A DNA stretch of 64,000 bases from the human T2T-CHM13v2.0 reference genome, Homo sapiens. The position numbers were made by a program, and so were the translations under genes. Location of the stretch: the NCBI RefSeq assembly GCF_009914755.1, contig NC_060941.1. One strand, written 5' to 3'. Every line of letters starts with the position of its first letter. Within the stretch, counting starts at the first letter, position 1. Below are positions 41,542 through 56,187 of the stretch, in pieces. Below the pieces are notes generated by a model. It saw only the letters and a program-made list of their open reading frames with translations. It searched no databases and was not told the origin of the DNA.

Positions 41542-42245
41542 CTCGGGGCACAGAGCTCGGAGCAGGGCGGCCGTGGGGCTCCGCTCACAGGGAGAGGCAC
41601 AGGGTCGAGTGAGGAACCCTTCCTGCCGCAGCCAGGCTGGCCGTGGAGATGGGCCGAGAATGGGGAGGGCGTCCCCAGCAGGGCATTCGGGGTCAGGAGG
41701 CGCCCGTGGGCGGCAACACCGTGGGCTGGAGGCACCGCGTCTGGCAAAGGGAAGGCCCCAGTCCGGCGGCTTCACGGCCCACCGCGGTGTCCGGGTTGAG
41801 GCGGGGGCCGCGCGCATCCTCGGGGGGGGACAGTCGGCCCCGGGCGAGGGGCTACCCCTCAGGCCCCCGTCCCCGAAAGGCCACGGGTGTGGGGACTCGA
41901 GCCTGGCCTCGGATCTCAGGCTTGGACGGAACCTAGTGAGGACCTGACACCGTGGGGGCGGCCTGTGGTCCCCGTCCGTGGCCAGGCATCCCCCGTTCAC
42001 CCATCAGCTGCCTGAGCTCCGCCACCTCATGGCCGGGTGCTTTGGCACCCGGGATACTTCACTGAAAAGAGACTTTTTCCACTGTGGCCGAGAACGAGGG
42101 ATTTAAAAAACGTCAAAGCCAAACCCCGTCTATGAGCAGCTGTCGTGTCCGCTCCGCTGGCCTCGTGCCCGGCCACGCCACCATCACTTTCCAAAAGTGT
42201 CGCTGCGGAAGGCTCACTGGGAGGACAAATGTCGGCCCCACCCGC
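41540..42245. promoter_or_regulatory. CpG-island-like segment (candidate promoter or enhancer)
   Basis: Unique very GC-rich sequence with many CpGs (ccggcggcttcacggcccaccgcggtgtccgggttgaggcgggggccgcgcgc) and GC-box-like gaggcggggg and gggggcggcc. Confidence 0.55.
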
Positions 42246-43572
42246 AGTTTCTCTGTTCCCTATTTTCTCACCACTTCTTGTTAATTTGGGGCTGCTGCTT
42301 CCTTTGGCCCCTGCTCAGGCTCTGGATTCTGGGCTTAGTCCTGTGGGCAGTTCTGTGAGCTTATGATTAAATACCTGATATTATTAAATACTCAGGAGCA
42401 TGTGTGAGAGCCGCTGGCCCTGGTGCCCGGGTTACAGCTGTGTGGGGACGTCGGTGCTGCCTGCCTCCTGCCCCGCTGGGGGGAGGGAGCCCCCCCAACC
42501 TATGCTGCAGGTGTGACACCATGGAGGCCAGCCCCTGGCGCCGGTGACGTCTCGGGGTGACAGTCAGGACCCCCTTGTCCTGCCTCCTTCCCGGATGTCT
42601 GATTTGGCCGGGATTTGAGGCTGTGGGGGCCACCGCCTCCTGAGGCACGAGGCATTCCTGTGGCAAGGGGCGGCAGGGAGACCTTGCTGTCACCACCGTG
42701 GCTGGTCTGTCAGTCGGGGAACTTGGGAACCCCAGAATCCTGCAGGCCGAAGGGACCTTGCCCTCGAGAGGGGGTGAGGAAACGAGGCTGAGACGACCTT
42801 TGCCAGTGCCCTTGGGGGGCGAAGCGGGATCTGGCCTTGGCGTCTGCCCTTTTCAAGGGTCCTCCCTGCACGCCTGGCGCCTGTCCCTCCCCACAGTGGG
42901 GAGCAGGGGAGCCCCACTCTACGTCCCCCGTTTACTGTCCCCACGCCCCCTTCCCAGTCGAGCTGTCCATCTCCTTCATAAGAAAAGACTCTTCCACCCA
43001 AGAAACTCCCCAGCAGCTGCCTCAGGCCTTCCCGTCACGGCCCTCACTGCTCCCCAAGTAAAGTGGGGGCTGTGGGTCAGGAAGGGCCCCAGCTTGGGTC
43101 CGAGTGGGGTCCCTGTGGGTCCCCTGCACCCCTCATGATATGTGTGGGGTGGGAAGGGGCCTTCCAGGGCCTCTGGGACCCAATCCAGGAACTTGTTCTC
43201 AGAGAGTCACCAGCCAAGTCTCCTGGGCTTTTCTCCGCTGCTCCCACAGAGCCCTGGGCCTGGGAGGGTGGGACCACCCAGGAAGGGGACAATTCTGGGC
43301 CCCGGGATGCCCCCCCGCTCTGGGGACAAGGGGATGGTTTGTTAAAATCCCACTCCCGCTCTGTTGTGAAAGATGATTCTTGTCTTCCTGCACCACTCGG
43401 CCTGTCCTGAGGCTGCCGCCATTTCCCAGTCAAGCCCTGACCTCCTTCACAAGAAAAACCTCTCCCAGCCGAGAAACTCTCAGCCCCCAGGAGCTCACCA
43501 AGTTCCCAGGCACCTGTTCCAGGGCCCCAGCTCAGTACTTCCATGGGAGAGCAGGTTAGAAAGCCTGGAACA

Positions 43573-43950
43573 TCCCAGCTCCACCTCCCACATACCCTCA
43601 GACCCTGGGTGAGAGTGGGGTCCCTGGCTCTACTCCCTACACACCCTCAGACCTCAGGTGACAGTGGGGTTCCCAGCTCTACTCCTGACAGACCCCCAGA
43701 CCCCCAGTGACAGTGGGGTCCCCAGCTCCACCTCCCCATAGACCCTCAGACCTCATATGACAGGGGGTCCCCAGCTCCACCTCCCCATAGACCCTCAGAC
43801 CTCATATGACAGGGGGGTCCCCAGCTCCACCTCCCACAGATCCTCAGACCCTGGGTGACAGTGGGGTCCCCAGCTCCACCTCCCCATAGACCCTGAGACC
43901 CCGGGTGACAGTGGGGTTGTTGCTGGTCCCACTTCCCACAGACCCTGGAC
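43573..43950 (+). repeat. Degenerate about 47-bp C-rich minisatellite, about 8 copies
   Basis: cccagctccacctccccatagaccctcagaccct(gg)gtgacagtggggt. Confidence 0.88.
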
Positions 43951-44149
43951 CTCCTCAGGAAGGCATCCGGTGGTTGTATTGACCCCGGGTGTGAGAGCCC
44001 ACGTGAAACGGAAGTTGAGCCAACCTTCCATTGTTCCCTCACCTGGCCCTGCCCCAGCTCAGACCTGAGCCAGCGGGTAGGTGCCCACCGCCAGTCCCAG
44101 GCAGAGGTTCCTCCGGTGCTCACAGCAGCCCTTGGCCCCATCCCGGCTC

Positions 44150-44815
44150 TTTCTGTTTGGGAATCTGGTGAGTATAAAGTGGCCTTGCTTGCGGTTTACT
44201 TTGAGTTTCCCTGACTGTAAGTAGAACTTGCCATCCTCACGCATCCCCGAGAGTGCCTGCCTGTGCCCTCCGGCGGGGCCACCTCTCGCTTTCTGAGTCA
44301 CGGCTCCCTGTGGCTCCCGACATGAACCTCATCAGCTGTGTGTGCTGCAGATGTTTCCTCCCAGTTCATGCCCTGCCTTTGCCCTTGTCTTTTGTCTTCT
44401 GATGGTAGATTTGGACGTAGGACGTGCGTCAGCCTTGTCTTTCACAATTTTCCTCGTTTGTATCTGAACAAACCCTTCCTGGCCTCGAGTGTGGGAGATA
44501 TTCTCCTGTAGCTTTTACTTCCATCATCTTGCCCCCATCACAAGTCCTCATCCATCTGGAAGCAATTTCCTTGTGTTTGGTTGAAGATAGGGATCCAGTT
44601 TCGCTTTCCTAATGTGCGTGGCCAGTCCCTGGCACCGTGCGCAGGCCTGCACCTCACCTCTGTCGGGCCCAGGCCTTCTCTGTGTGCCGGGCTGTTTCTG
44701 GGCTCTGTGGTCGGCTCCACTGGCCGCATGCCTGTCCCTGCACCACTGCCCCCACATGCCAACCCTGTGGCTTGGTTGTTGGTCTCAGCGTGCTCCTGGG
44801 AAACTCTCCTGCCTT
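44150..44815 (-). mobile_element. Highly diverged, GC-shifted L1ME ORF2 relic
   Basis: ggtgagtataaagtggccttgcttgcggtttactttgagtttccctgac...tccatctggaagcaattt...gataggatccagttt...gctgtttctgggctctgtggtcggctccactggcc. Confidence 0.55.
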
Positions 44816-44824
44816 GCCCTTCAG

Positions 44825-45092
44825 TGACTCACTCGCTCCAGTAATCAAACACCTACTGTGTGTCAAGAAAAGTGTCACTGACAAAAGCATCTGCCTTCTT
44901 GAAGCCCATTCAAATGCAGTTATGTCTATGTTGGAGAGAGACAGACTTTGTGATGGAAGGTTCTCTGGACAATGGTAATCGAGCATGACAGTGAGTGGCA
45001 GCTGCTGTTTAGATGGAATTGTCAGGGAGGCTCAATGAGAAGTAGGCATCTGAGCAAAACTCAAAGGAAAGGAGAGAGTGAGCCATGGACGT
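44825..45092 (-). mobile_element. L2 3' relic
   Basis: aatcaaacacctactgtgtgtcaag...tgtcagggaggctcaatgagaagtaggcatctgagcaaaactcaaaggaaaggagagagtgagccatgg. Confidence 0.55.
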
Positions 45093-45658
45093 CCTGACAA
45101 TTCCACTTATGATACTTTTCCTCCTCCCCGAGGTCAGGATGGTCCCTACCTCTGCCGGTCTTGCATGTTGTTTTAACGTATGTGAGTGGAACCCCTTGTT
45201 CTCATGCCGCAGCCCATTGTGTGAATAGGCTACACTATACCTGTCTGTTCGATTGTTGATGGCTATTTGGGTTGCTTAGTTTATGGCCATTTTGAATATG
45301 CTGCCATGGCTGGGTGAACATACGCGTTTCCGCTGGGTGTGTATCTAGGGCTGTGATTGCTGAGTCAGAGTGTGTGTCTGTTCAACTTTTGTCGGTAACG
45401 CCAAACCGTCTTTCTGAGTGGTTATGGATTCATGCTCCACCAGAGGAGAGAGTTCCCACTGCTCCTCATCCTTGGCAACTCTTGATTTTACCAGTAGTTT
45501 AAATTTTAGCCACGTTGGTGGGTGTGGAGTGGTGTCTCATTGAGGCTAATTTTCACCTCCCTGATAACTAAAGATACTGGTCCCTATTTCATGTGTTTAT
45601 TGGTCATTCATACGTCTTTTGTAAACTTTCTATATATTTTGCTCATTTGTTGAATTGA

Positions 45659-46090
<432 letters not shown>

Positions 46091-46098
46091 TAACTTTA

Positions 46099-46521
<423 letters not shown>

Positions 46522-47184
46522 TTATCCTAACACTAGTACTCTACTATTTGCTGCTTTATTGTATGTATTGAAATTAAGTAGTGTAAATCCTCCAAATTTG
46601 TTCTTTTTCAAAATTGTTTTGGCTATCCCAGGTCCTTTGCCTTCCCATATAAATTTTAGAATCTGTTTTAGAATCAATTTTTACAAAAACAAATGCCTGC
46701 TAGGATTTTGATAGGGATTGAGTCTAATCTATAGATGAATTTGAAAGAAAAGACATCTTAACAATATTGAGTCTTCTAAGCCATAAACGTGGTATGTCTT
46801 TCCATTAATTTAGTTCTTCTTAATTTCTCTCAGCAATGTTTTATAGTTTTTGGTATACAGGCCCCACACACATTTTGTTAAATTTATCCCTAAGTATATC
46901 ATGCTTCTGGATGCTTTTGTAAATATTTGTTTTTGTTTGTTACTTATTTTCATTTTCCAATTGTGCTGATATACAGAAATACAGCTAATTTTTGTATAGT
47001 TTTATATTCCGTGACCTTGTTAAGTTCACTTACTCGTTTTAGTAGTTTTCTTAGATACATATTTTAGGATTGTGTATGAATAGAATCATGTTACCTATGA
47101 ATAAAGACAGTTAACTTCTTTTCCAATCTGTATGACTTTCATTTCATTTCTTGGTTTATGGCAGTGTCTAGACCAATCTCTGCC

Positions 47185-47488
47185 TTTTTTTTTTTTTTTT
47201 TTGTTTTGAGACAGAGTTTCGCTCTTGTCACCCAGGCTGGAGTGCAGTGGTGCAATCTTGGCTCACTGCAACCTCCGCCTCCCGAGTTCAAACGATTCTC
47301 CTACCCTCAGCCTCCCAAGTAGCTGGGACTATAGGTGTCCACCACCACGCCCAGCTAATTTTTTTGTATTTTTAGTAGAGACAGGGTCATGTTGGTCAGG
47401 CTGATCTTGAACTCCTGACCTCAGGTGATCTGCCCGCCTCAGCCTCCCAAAGTGCTGGGATTACAGGCATGAGCCACCGTGCACGGCC
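47185..47488 (-). mobile_element. AluS (Sp/Sq-like) with TSD
   Basis: gagacagagtttcgctcttgtcacccaggc...gagccaccgtgcacggcc; TSD caatctctgcctttt / caatctctctgcgtttt. Confidence 0.92.
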
Positions 47489-50400
47489 CAATCTCTCTGC
47501 GTTTTTAATGGGAGTATTTGGTCCATTTTCATTTAATATAATTACTGAAAGTTGGGACTGAGTCTTCCATCTTATTGTTTCATTTATTGTTTATTCCTCC
47601 TTTTTTCTTTTCCGCTTTTTTTTTCTTTGGGTATACTGAGTATTTTTCCGTCTTATCTCTTCTGTTGGCTCATCAGCTATGCCTCTTTCTTTAATGCTTT
47701 TAGTGCTTTCTTTAGGGTTTAAGGCACGCCTCTGTAATTTAATAACATTTCCTTTAAATGCTACTATACTACTTGACTTATAATGTAAGACTCTTCAATA
47801 GTATGCTTCCATTTTCTCCCTGAAATCCTTTTTGCTATTATTGTCATACATCTACTTCTATATGTGTTATAATTCTCCATAATAAATTGTGATTATTTTT
47901 GCTTTAAAGAGACACATTTATGACAAAGACATTAAAAATGAGAAAAGGGGCTTTTGTATTTGCCACATATTTACTGGTGCCAGTGTTCCTCGTTACTCGG
48001 AACAGACCCAGTTCCTCTCTGGAATCATTTTCCTTCAGCATAAAGAACACTTCCATCTCTTGTCTTGTACATCTGCTGGTGACAAGTGCTCTCAATTTTT
48101 GTTTGTCTGAAAATGCTATAATTTTATCACCTCATTTTTGAAAGATTTTTGCTGAGTCTTGGATTCTATGTTGACTGTTGTATTTTTTCCCCAGAACCTT
48201 CTATTACAGGTGTTCTGCCATTGGGTTCTGCCTTTCCTTGTTTCTGGTAATAACTCAGCAGTATTTCTTATCGTCGCGTCTTGCCAAGGTCTGTTTGCTG
48301 TGATTGGTCAGACCGCATCTCCTAGCCTGTGGGGCTCTGGGCGTCGTTCAGATGACAGCTCCCACTAAGTGCTCTTTGCCTGCCCGCACGGGGTCTCCCA
48401 TATGTGCGGCTTAATGTTCAGCCAAAGGCACAAGGGGACCACCAGGACCACCATGTAGATTTCTGGGGTTCTTTCTCCACATGGTTTTTCCATCTCTGGT
48501 ACTTCGCCCATACTTTTCAGGAGCCTTGGCCTCTCTGAGCTCTGGCACCTGTCTTCCGAGCTCAGTTAAACTGTTTTGCTCTCCTTGAGCTCCTCTCCCT
48601 GTGCTGGGGCCAGAAAGCGCCTCCAGGAAGAACGCCGCGGTGTCGTAGGGTTCACCTTGCTTGCTGTCTTTGTCTCGGAGATCACAGCTCTGTCTGTTGT
48701 CTATTGTCTTAGAACAAATGTTTCCTATTTTTTTCCTCCAGTTTATAATGTTTGTGGTAGGAGGGATAGTCTCATACCAGATACTCTGTTGTAGCCAAAA
48801 GTGGGAGTCTTTTCTTCATGTTTCTTCATTTCACGTTACTATATTCCTTCTCACTGAGTGTCTGTTCTGCATTCTGGGTAACTTATTTAGATCTATCTTC
48901 AAGTTCAATAATTCTCTTTTTATTTTTGCCCACTCTGCTGCTTAGTTCATCTAAGAGTTTAGCATTTTAATTATTATACACACCATCTCTAATCTTGTCT
49001 GAACCACTGACACTCAATTACTTGATAACTCTTCAGTCATTTGCGTCTCCTAGCTAACTGCTTCCCTAAATCCTTGCACCCTCTACCCAAAAGCTACCCC
49101 TCACTCTGAGCAAGGACCTCACCATCTCCTTGACATCCAGGAAAACCAAGGACATTAACATGGGACTTCTCTCCACAGTGTTCCACAGGACTTGCACTCC
49201 TGGTCCCCTTCTCCGTATGTCTCCTTCTGTCCCCGAACCTTCTGCCGGTGCTCCTGACACTGGCCCTCAGGCCTCACTCCTGGGTGCTCAGCCCCTGTCT
49301 GAGTTGATTCCTCTCTTCAGCTTCAGAGGCCTTCCCTGTCCCTCCAAGACTGCCTGAGCTTCTCTCCTCTGTGGGGCTTCCCATGCCTCCGGTGTGCCTT
49401 GAGTGAGACACCCCCTCATATGTCTGCTTTCACCTCACCCTAACCAGTCCCTCTATCTAGCTCCTGCTGCTGGCTCTGCTGCTGGCTCTGCTCTCCCCCA
49501 GACTGCCAACAGACCCCTGCAGCTTTTCACCTGTGTTATCTGTAAACTTTCTTCACTCTTTCTTCTTCTAGGAACTCTTCTCACCTCGGCTTTCATGACT
49601 GTCAGTGCCCCGTCCACTTTGCTGTGGCCTTTTCTTTCTCAATGTGCCTTGAAGTCTTCAGGTTGGGGGAGATGCTGCCTGGGGCATGTGGGGGAGGGCA
49701 GGCCTAAACGGAGAAGGGGGCTGAGCAGAGACAGGAGGGGTGGTTGTGAGGGTGGCAGGAGGCTGTGGGATTGAAGGAAGGGGGCTGGCGTGGGCTGGGG
49801 CCCAGGGAAGGTGGTGTGGAGGACCAGAGGCTCTTGACTGGGAATGCCGGCCATGCAGGGTCTGGTGACTGACAGGTGCGTATCTGTGCAGGCCCAAGCC
49901 AGTGCTGGCCAGAGTGGCCAAGGCGTCCCCGATCGCAGGGGCAGCTCTCCCTGCTGTGGCCCGCAGCTGGACAGTGGCTGAGCTAGGATTCAGCCGAAGC
50001 TGCCGGTCCTGCCGGAGGCTTTCTTCTCACATCAGGGCCTTACGGCTGCCCCAACCCTGGCCCAGGTTTGTCACGGTTGTCCTGGGATCCCCTGAGGTTT
50101 CCCTGTTTCCCCTGCCTCTTCTGGGCACACAGATCTCGGGGGGCTTTCCTGAGCTGTCCTAAGCTCCAGCCTCCCAGATACCACCAGCTTCAGCGTCTTT
50201 TTCAGACCTCAGTGACAGCTGCCCCACGCCAGGTGCTGACCTTAAGCACCACTGTGCACCAGGGCTGGGTCCAGACACTTCCAGGCCTACTGTGTATCCT
50301 CCCCCTCCCCAGTGTTGACAAAACTGCTCTCCATGGTTTTGGCCTCTGTTGGAGGGGTTGCCCCAGATTTACATGTTTTGAGATGGATTTGTGGCTGCAG

Positions 50401-51089
50401 TGTTCCTCTGGGTCCAGGCTGTGGCCCCACGCCTGGGAATCATGTCTGACCCAAGTGTCTGGTGTCCTGTGCCTGGGGCGAGGCTCACGCCCACCGCATC
50501 CCGCCAGCTCAGCACCGGAGGCCCAGCCCTCTCCCCATCTCCCTTCCCTTCTCATTGTGATTCATCGTCTGTTTATTAAACATGTGGATTTTTGATTTGC
50601 AGTTTTTGGGGCTGCGAAGGCCTGATCCCACCAGCTGTTTACAATCTATCATCCAGCACAAATGGTTTCCACGTGGTTGTTATGCTGGCTTATGACTGGG
50701 AACAGAATCTTGGTATCCAAATATTGGACTTTCGGCTTAAAAATGAGTGCAGTTCTCAGCATTCCCATCCCTGTATTGACAGCAAATTTGCATATTCTCC
50801 TTGTTTGCTTTGCAGCTCAAGGTCGATGCTGTAGCCAGGATGTCATTCTAAATGGGCGGCCCCTGGGAAACAGAACCAATGGCCGTTGCCTCAGCGTTAA
50901 ATTGGGGGACCGATCACAGGCTCCTGAGGGGGGTGAGGGTGCTCAGGCCCTGGTGCCGTCCGGCAGGAACAGGCTTCTCCGGGCCTCGGGGGGACATTGC
51001 TCCACTCATGACTGGTACAGCCCAGAGAGAGGCCCCTTTCCAGAGACCCTGAGTTACTGTCCCCAGAGAACACAATTTTTTTTTCCCAA

Positions 51090-51790
51090 CAGAGAGATGG
51101 GCAGAGGCCATAAACAGATAGTTCAGAGCTATGAGAACCCAGGTGGCTAAAAACATGAAAAACATGGTCTCACCAGTAATCCAAGAAATACAAAACAAAA
51201 CAGTACGGCCCTGGCATTTGCGAAACAGGCCCTGAACCTGCGAGGTGTGGCCACCGAGACCGACAGGCACCACAGCCTGGGGGGGCGTCGGCCAGCGTGC
51301 TCCAGGAAGTTCACACCTTCGACCTGTGTGTTCCACCCTGGACGAGCCATCCCAGAGACAAGGGAGTGGACAAAACTCAGCGCCCAAACACGTTCTCACA
51401 GCATTGTTCATAATCAGGGAAGTTAGGGCACATTTAAATAGTCAACATCAGAGCAGTGGTTAAGCAAATCCCCCAGTGCCTCTCAGAATCATATAATTGT
51501 TGAAAGAATGAATGGCGGACTGTGATGTAGCACGTAAGTCACATGGAGGAGGGGGTCTGAAGATCACGGGGATGCCTGTGGCCATATCGAAGGAAGAGCA
51601 TGATGGGAAAATCCATCAGCGGCTCTCAAGGACAGAGCAGGGGAGAGTGACTTCCAGGAGGGGAAGAAGATTCCAGATGCTGATGGGGTGCTGGTGAGCA
51701 GTGCACACGCTTGTCAAAACTCATCAAACTGCACTAAAGGTCTGTGCTTTGTATTGTGTATAAATTATGTTCTCATAAAGTTGATTAAAA
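51090..51790 (+). mobile_element. Degenerate L1ME ORF2 end and 3'UTR relic
   Basis: gatgggcagaggccataaacagatagttcaga...ggctaaaaacatgaaaaacatg...cagcattgttcataat...tgtcaaaactcatcaaactgcactaaag...gtataaattatgttctcataaagttgattaaaa. Confidence 0.6.
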
Positions 51791-51940
51791 TCTATTATGT
51801 AAAATTATATATAGACTTTCCCTCCATCTTAAAATATATAGGAAAAAGACAAAGGAAATAGGTTAAAATATCACTAATGGTTCATTTGGAATAATGAGAT
51901 TTGGAGAGTTGGACAATTTCTTCTTCTTACTTTGTTTTCC

Positions 51941-52088
51941 GTGGTAGGTTTGCTCAGTGGTGGCCCCCGCAAAAGAAACGTTTGCCTCCTAGCCTCTGAA
52001 TTTGAATGTCACCATATTTGGGAAAAGGGTCTTTGCAGATGTAATCTTAATAAGAGATCTTAATATGAGATCATCTGAGATTACTTGG
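51941..52088 (+). mobile_element. MLT1C/D-like LTR 5' fragment, cut off at the L1MC
   Basis: ggtggcccccgcaaaaga...tgaatgtcaccatatttgggaaaagggtctttgcagatgtaatc...atgagatcatc. Confidence 0.75.
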
Positions 52089-53697
52089 TTTTTAGTAAGT
52101 AACCTTTAATTTTTAGAACAATTTTAGGTTCACAGCAAAATTGGATAGAAGTTACACAGGTTTCTCATATCACACCCCCACACAGGCATACAACCTCCCC
52201 TTATCAATATTTCCCATCAGAGGGTACATTTGCTACAGTGAATGAACCTACAGCGACACAGCATCGTGACCCAACTCCGTGGTTTACATCAGGATTTACT
52301 CTTGGTGTTGTCCATTCTAAGCGTGGACAAATTTATCATGACGTGTAGCCACCGTGGTAGTGTCACAGAACAGCCTCACTGCCCTGAAACCCTCTGCGCT
52401 TCCCAGGTCACCCCTCCCTCCCCCAGCTCCTGGCAACCACTGATTTTATACGGTCTCAGTTTTGCCTTTTGCAGGATGTCATATAGTTGGGATCATACAG
52501 CACGTAGCCCTTTCAGATTGGCTTCTTAGTAATACATTTGAGTTTCTTTCATGGCTTGACATCTCATTTCTTTTCAGCGCTGAATAACACTCCACTGTCT
52601 GGATGTGCCACTCACCTACTGAAGGACCTCTTTGTTGTTCCCAAGCTTTGGCAATTTTGAGTAAAGCTCCTATAAACGTCTGTGTGCAGGCTTCTCTGTG
52701 TACATACTTTTTCGGTTCATTTACCTAAATACCAAAGACAGCGATTGCTGGATTCTATGGGGAGGGTATGTTCCATTTTGGAAGAGACGGCCAGACTGTC
52801 TTCAATGGTGCTGCACTGTCTTGCGTTCCCAGCAGCCGTGAACGAGAGCTCCTGTTGCTACACATCCTGGCCAGCATTTTGTGTTCTCAAAACACATTCT
52901 GGCCACTCTAATAGATGTAGAGTGGTATCATTGTTTTAATTTGCAATCTCTAGTGGCGTATGACGTTGAACATCTTTTCATAGGCTTACTTGCCATCTAT
53001 ATATCTTCTTTGATGAGGTGTCTGTTTTGGTCTCTTGCCCATTTTAAAATCAAGTTGTTCATTTTTTTATTGTTGAGTTTTGATTGTTCTTCATGTATTT
53101 TGGATATCAGTTCTTTATCAGATGTGTCTGTGGCTTGCCTTCTCATTTTCTTGAAAGTGTCTTTCACAGAGCAGAAATTTCTAATTTCAAAGAAGCCCAG
53201 CTTATCAATCATTTCTTCCATGGATCGTGCCTTTAATGTTGTATCTAAAAAGTCATCACCTTACCCAAGGTCATCTAGGCTTTCCCTGTGTTAACTTCTA
53301 AGAGTTTTATAGTTCGCATTTTACGTTAGGTCTATGATCCATTTTCAGTTAGTTTTGTGATGGGTGTAAAGTCTGTGTCTGGATTTAATTTCTGCATGCA
53401 GATGTCCAGTTGCTCTATAGCCTCATTTGTTGAAAAGACAATTTTTGGCCACAGTATCGTCTTTGCTCCCTTGCCAAAGATCAGTTGACAAAATTATGTG
53501 AGTCTATTTCAGGACTTTATCCTATTCTGTTGCTTTATTTGCCTATTCTCATGTCAGTATCTTGATTATGGTGTCTTTTGCCTCTCTCTATAAACCTTAG
53601 AATCAGTTTGTCAATGTCTATAAATTAACTTGCTGGGATTTTTATTGAGAGTATGTTCAATCTACAGATTAATCTAGAACAACTGACTCGACAATAT

Positions 53698-53885
53698 GTG
53701 AGAGGGTCTCCAAAAGGTTCATGGAAAATGCATATTATGAAAAAATGCGTAGATTTCAATTTCAAAATAAACTCATACTACCTTGTTATAACACATCTGA
53801 ACAGGCTCTAGTTTGAGGCACTAAGAAGAATAGGACAGCAGTTTCAAAAGAGCCCCTATCAGGGCAACATGAATTCTGCCAACTG
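53698..53885 (+). mobile_element. HSMAR2 mariner 5' fragment (left TIR, 5'UTR and transposase start codon)
   Basis: gagggtctccaaaaggttcatggaaaatgcatattatgaaaaaa...tctagtttgaggcactaagaag...aaagagcccctatcagggcaacATGaattctgcc. Confidence 0.8.
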
Positions 53886-54172
53886 AATCTTTGAGTTTCT
53901 CACCATTAAGTAGGATGTTTGTTTTAGTTTTTTGGTAGATACTCTTTAACAAGTTGAAAAAATTCTCCTGTATTCCTAGTTTGCTGAGAGTTTTTAATCA
54001 CGAATAAGTGTTAGGTTTTGTCAAATGCATTTTTGCATCCATGGATATGATGATGAGATTTTTCTTCTTTAGCCTATTGATGTGACTAATTTTCAAATGT
54101 TGAACCAGCCTTGCATACCTGGAATAAACCCTACTTTTCATAATATATAATTATTTTTACATATTGTTGAAT

Positions 54173-54595
54173 TTAATTTGCTAATATTTTGTTGAGGATT
54201 TTTACATGTATGCTCGAGAGACATTTGTCTGTAGTAATATCTTTGTCTGGTTTTGGTATTAGGGTAATGCTGGCCTCATATAATGAGTTAGAAAGTATTC
54301 CTGCTGTTTCTACATTCTGGGAGATATTGTAGAGGACTGGCATAATTTTTTCCTTAAATGTTTGGTAGAATTCACCAATGAACCCATCTGGGCTTGGTGC
54401 TTTCTGTTTTGGAAGGTTATTAATTATTGATTCAATTTCTTTAATATAAACAGGCCTATTCAGATTATTTGTTTCTTCTTGTGTGAATTTTGGCAGATTG
54501 TGTCTTTCAAGGAACTGCTCCATTTTATCTAGGTTATCAAATTGGTGGGCATAGCATTTTTCAAAATATTCCTTTATTATTCCTTTAATGTTCAT
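54173..54595 (-). pseudogene. Residual open stretch of L1 ORF2p (region upstream of and into the RT domain)
   Basis: Translation matches the L1 ORF2p pattern NLDEMDKFLE...LNRPI...PGPDGFTAEFYQ...YEASITLIPKP; flanked by stops. Confidence 0.85.
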
Positions 54596-54968
54596 GGGAT
54601 CTGTAGTGATGTCCCCCTTTCATTTCTGATATTAGTAATTTGTCTCTCTCTCTTTTTTTCTTAGCCTGGCAGAGGCTTACCAATTTTACTCATCTTTTAA
54701 AAGAACCAGCATTTGTTTTTGTTAATATTCTCTATAATTCCTGGTTTCAATTTTATTGATTTCTGCTCTAATTTTATTATTTCTTTTATTATGGTTAGTT
54801 TGGATTTAACTTGCTCTTCTTTTTCTAGTTTCATAAGGTGGAAGCTTAGACGACTGATGTTAGATCTTCTTTTCTAATATTTGCATTCAATGCTGTAAAT
54901 TTCTAAGCACTGCTTTAACTGTTTCCCATAAATTTTGATAAGTTGTATTTTTATTTTTATGTAATTAA

Positions 54969-55232
<264 letters not shown>

Positions 55233-55261
55233 AATTCAAAATATTTTAAAATTTATCTTGA

Positions 55262-55559
<298 letters not shown>

Positions 55560-56187
55560 GAAATTTCTTCTTTAACCCATGTACTTTTTAAAGTGTTTTG
55601 TTTAATCTTCAAGTATTTGGGAATTTTCCAGCTATCTTTCTGTTATTGATTTTGAGTTTAATCTGTTGTGGTTGGAAAGCAAACGTTGTGTGATTTCTGA
55701 TTTATAAATCTGTTAAAATGTGTTTCCTGGCCCAGAATGTGGTCTCTCTTGGTAAATATTCAATGCAAGCTTGAGAAGAATTCTCAATCTGCTGTTGTTG
55801 GGTGTAGTATTTAGATGTCAATTATGTCCAGTTGATTGATGGTGTTGTTGAGTTCATCTGTGTCCTTATTGATTTTCTACCTGCTGGATCTGTTCATTTC
55901 TGATAGAGGGCTGTGGAAGTCTCCAGCTCTAATACTGGATTCATCTATTTCTCATTGCAGTGCTGTGATGTTTTTACCTCGTATATATTTGGCACTCTGT
56001 TGTTAGGCACATACACATTAAGGATTGTTACATCTTCTTGGAGTGCTGATTCCTTTATCACCTGTAATACTTCCCTTTGTCTCTGATAGCTTTCTTTGCT
56101 CTGAAGTCTGCTCTGTCTGAAATTAATATAGCCACTCCCACTTTCTTTGATTAGTGTTAGCATGGTATATCTTTCTCCATCCATTTA

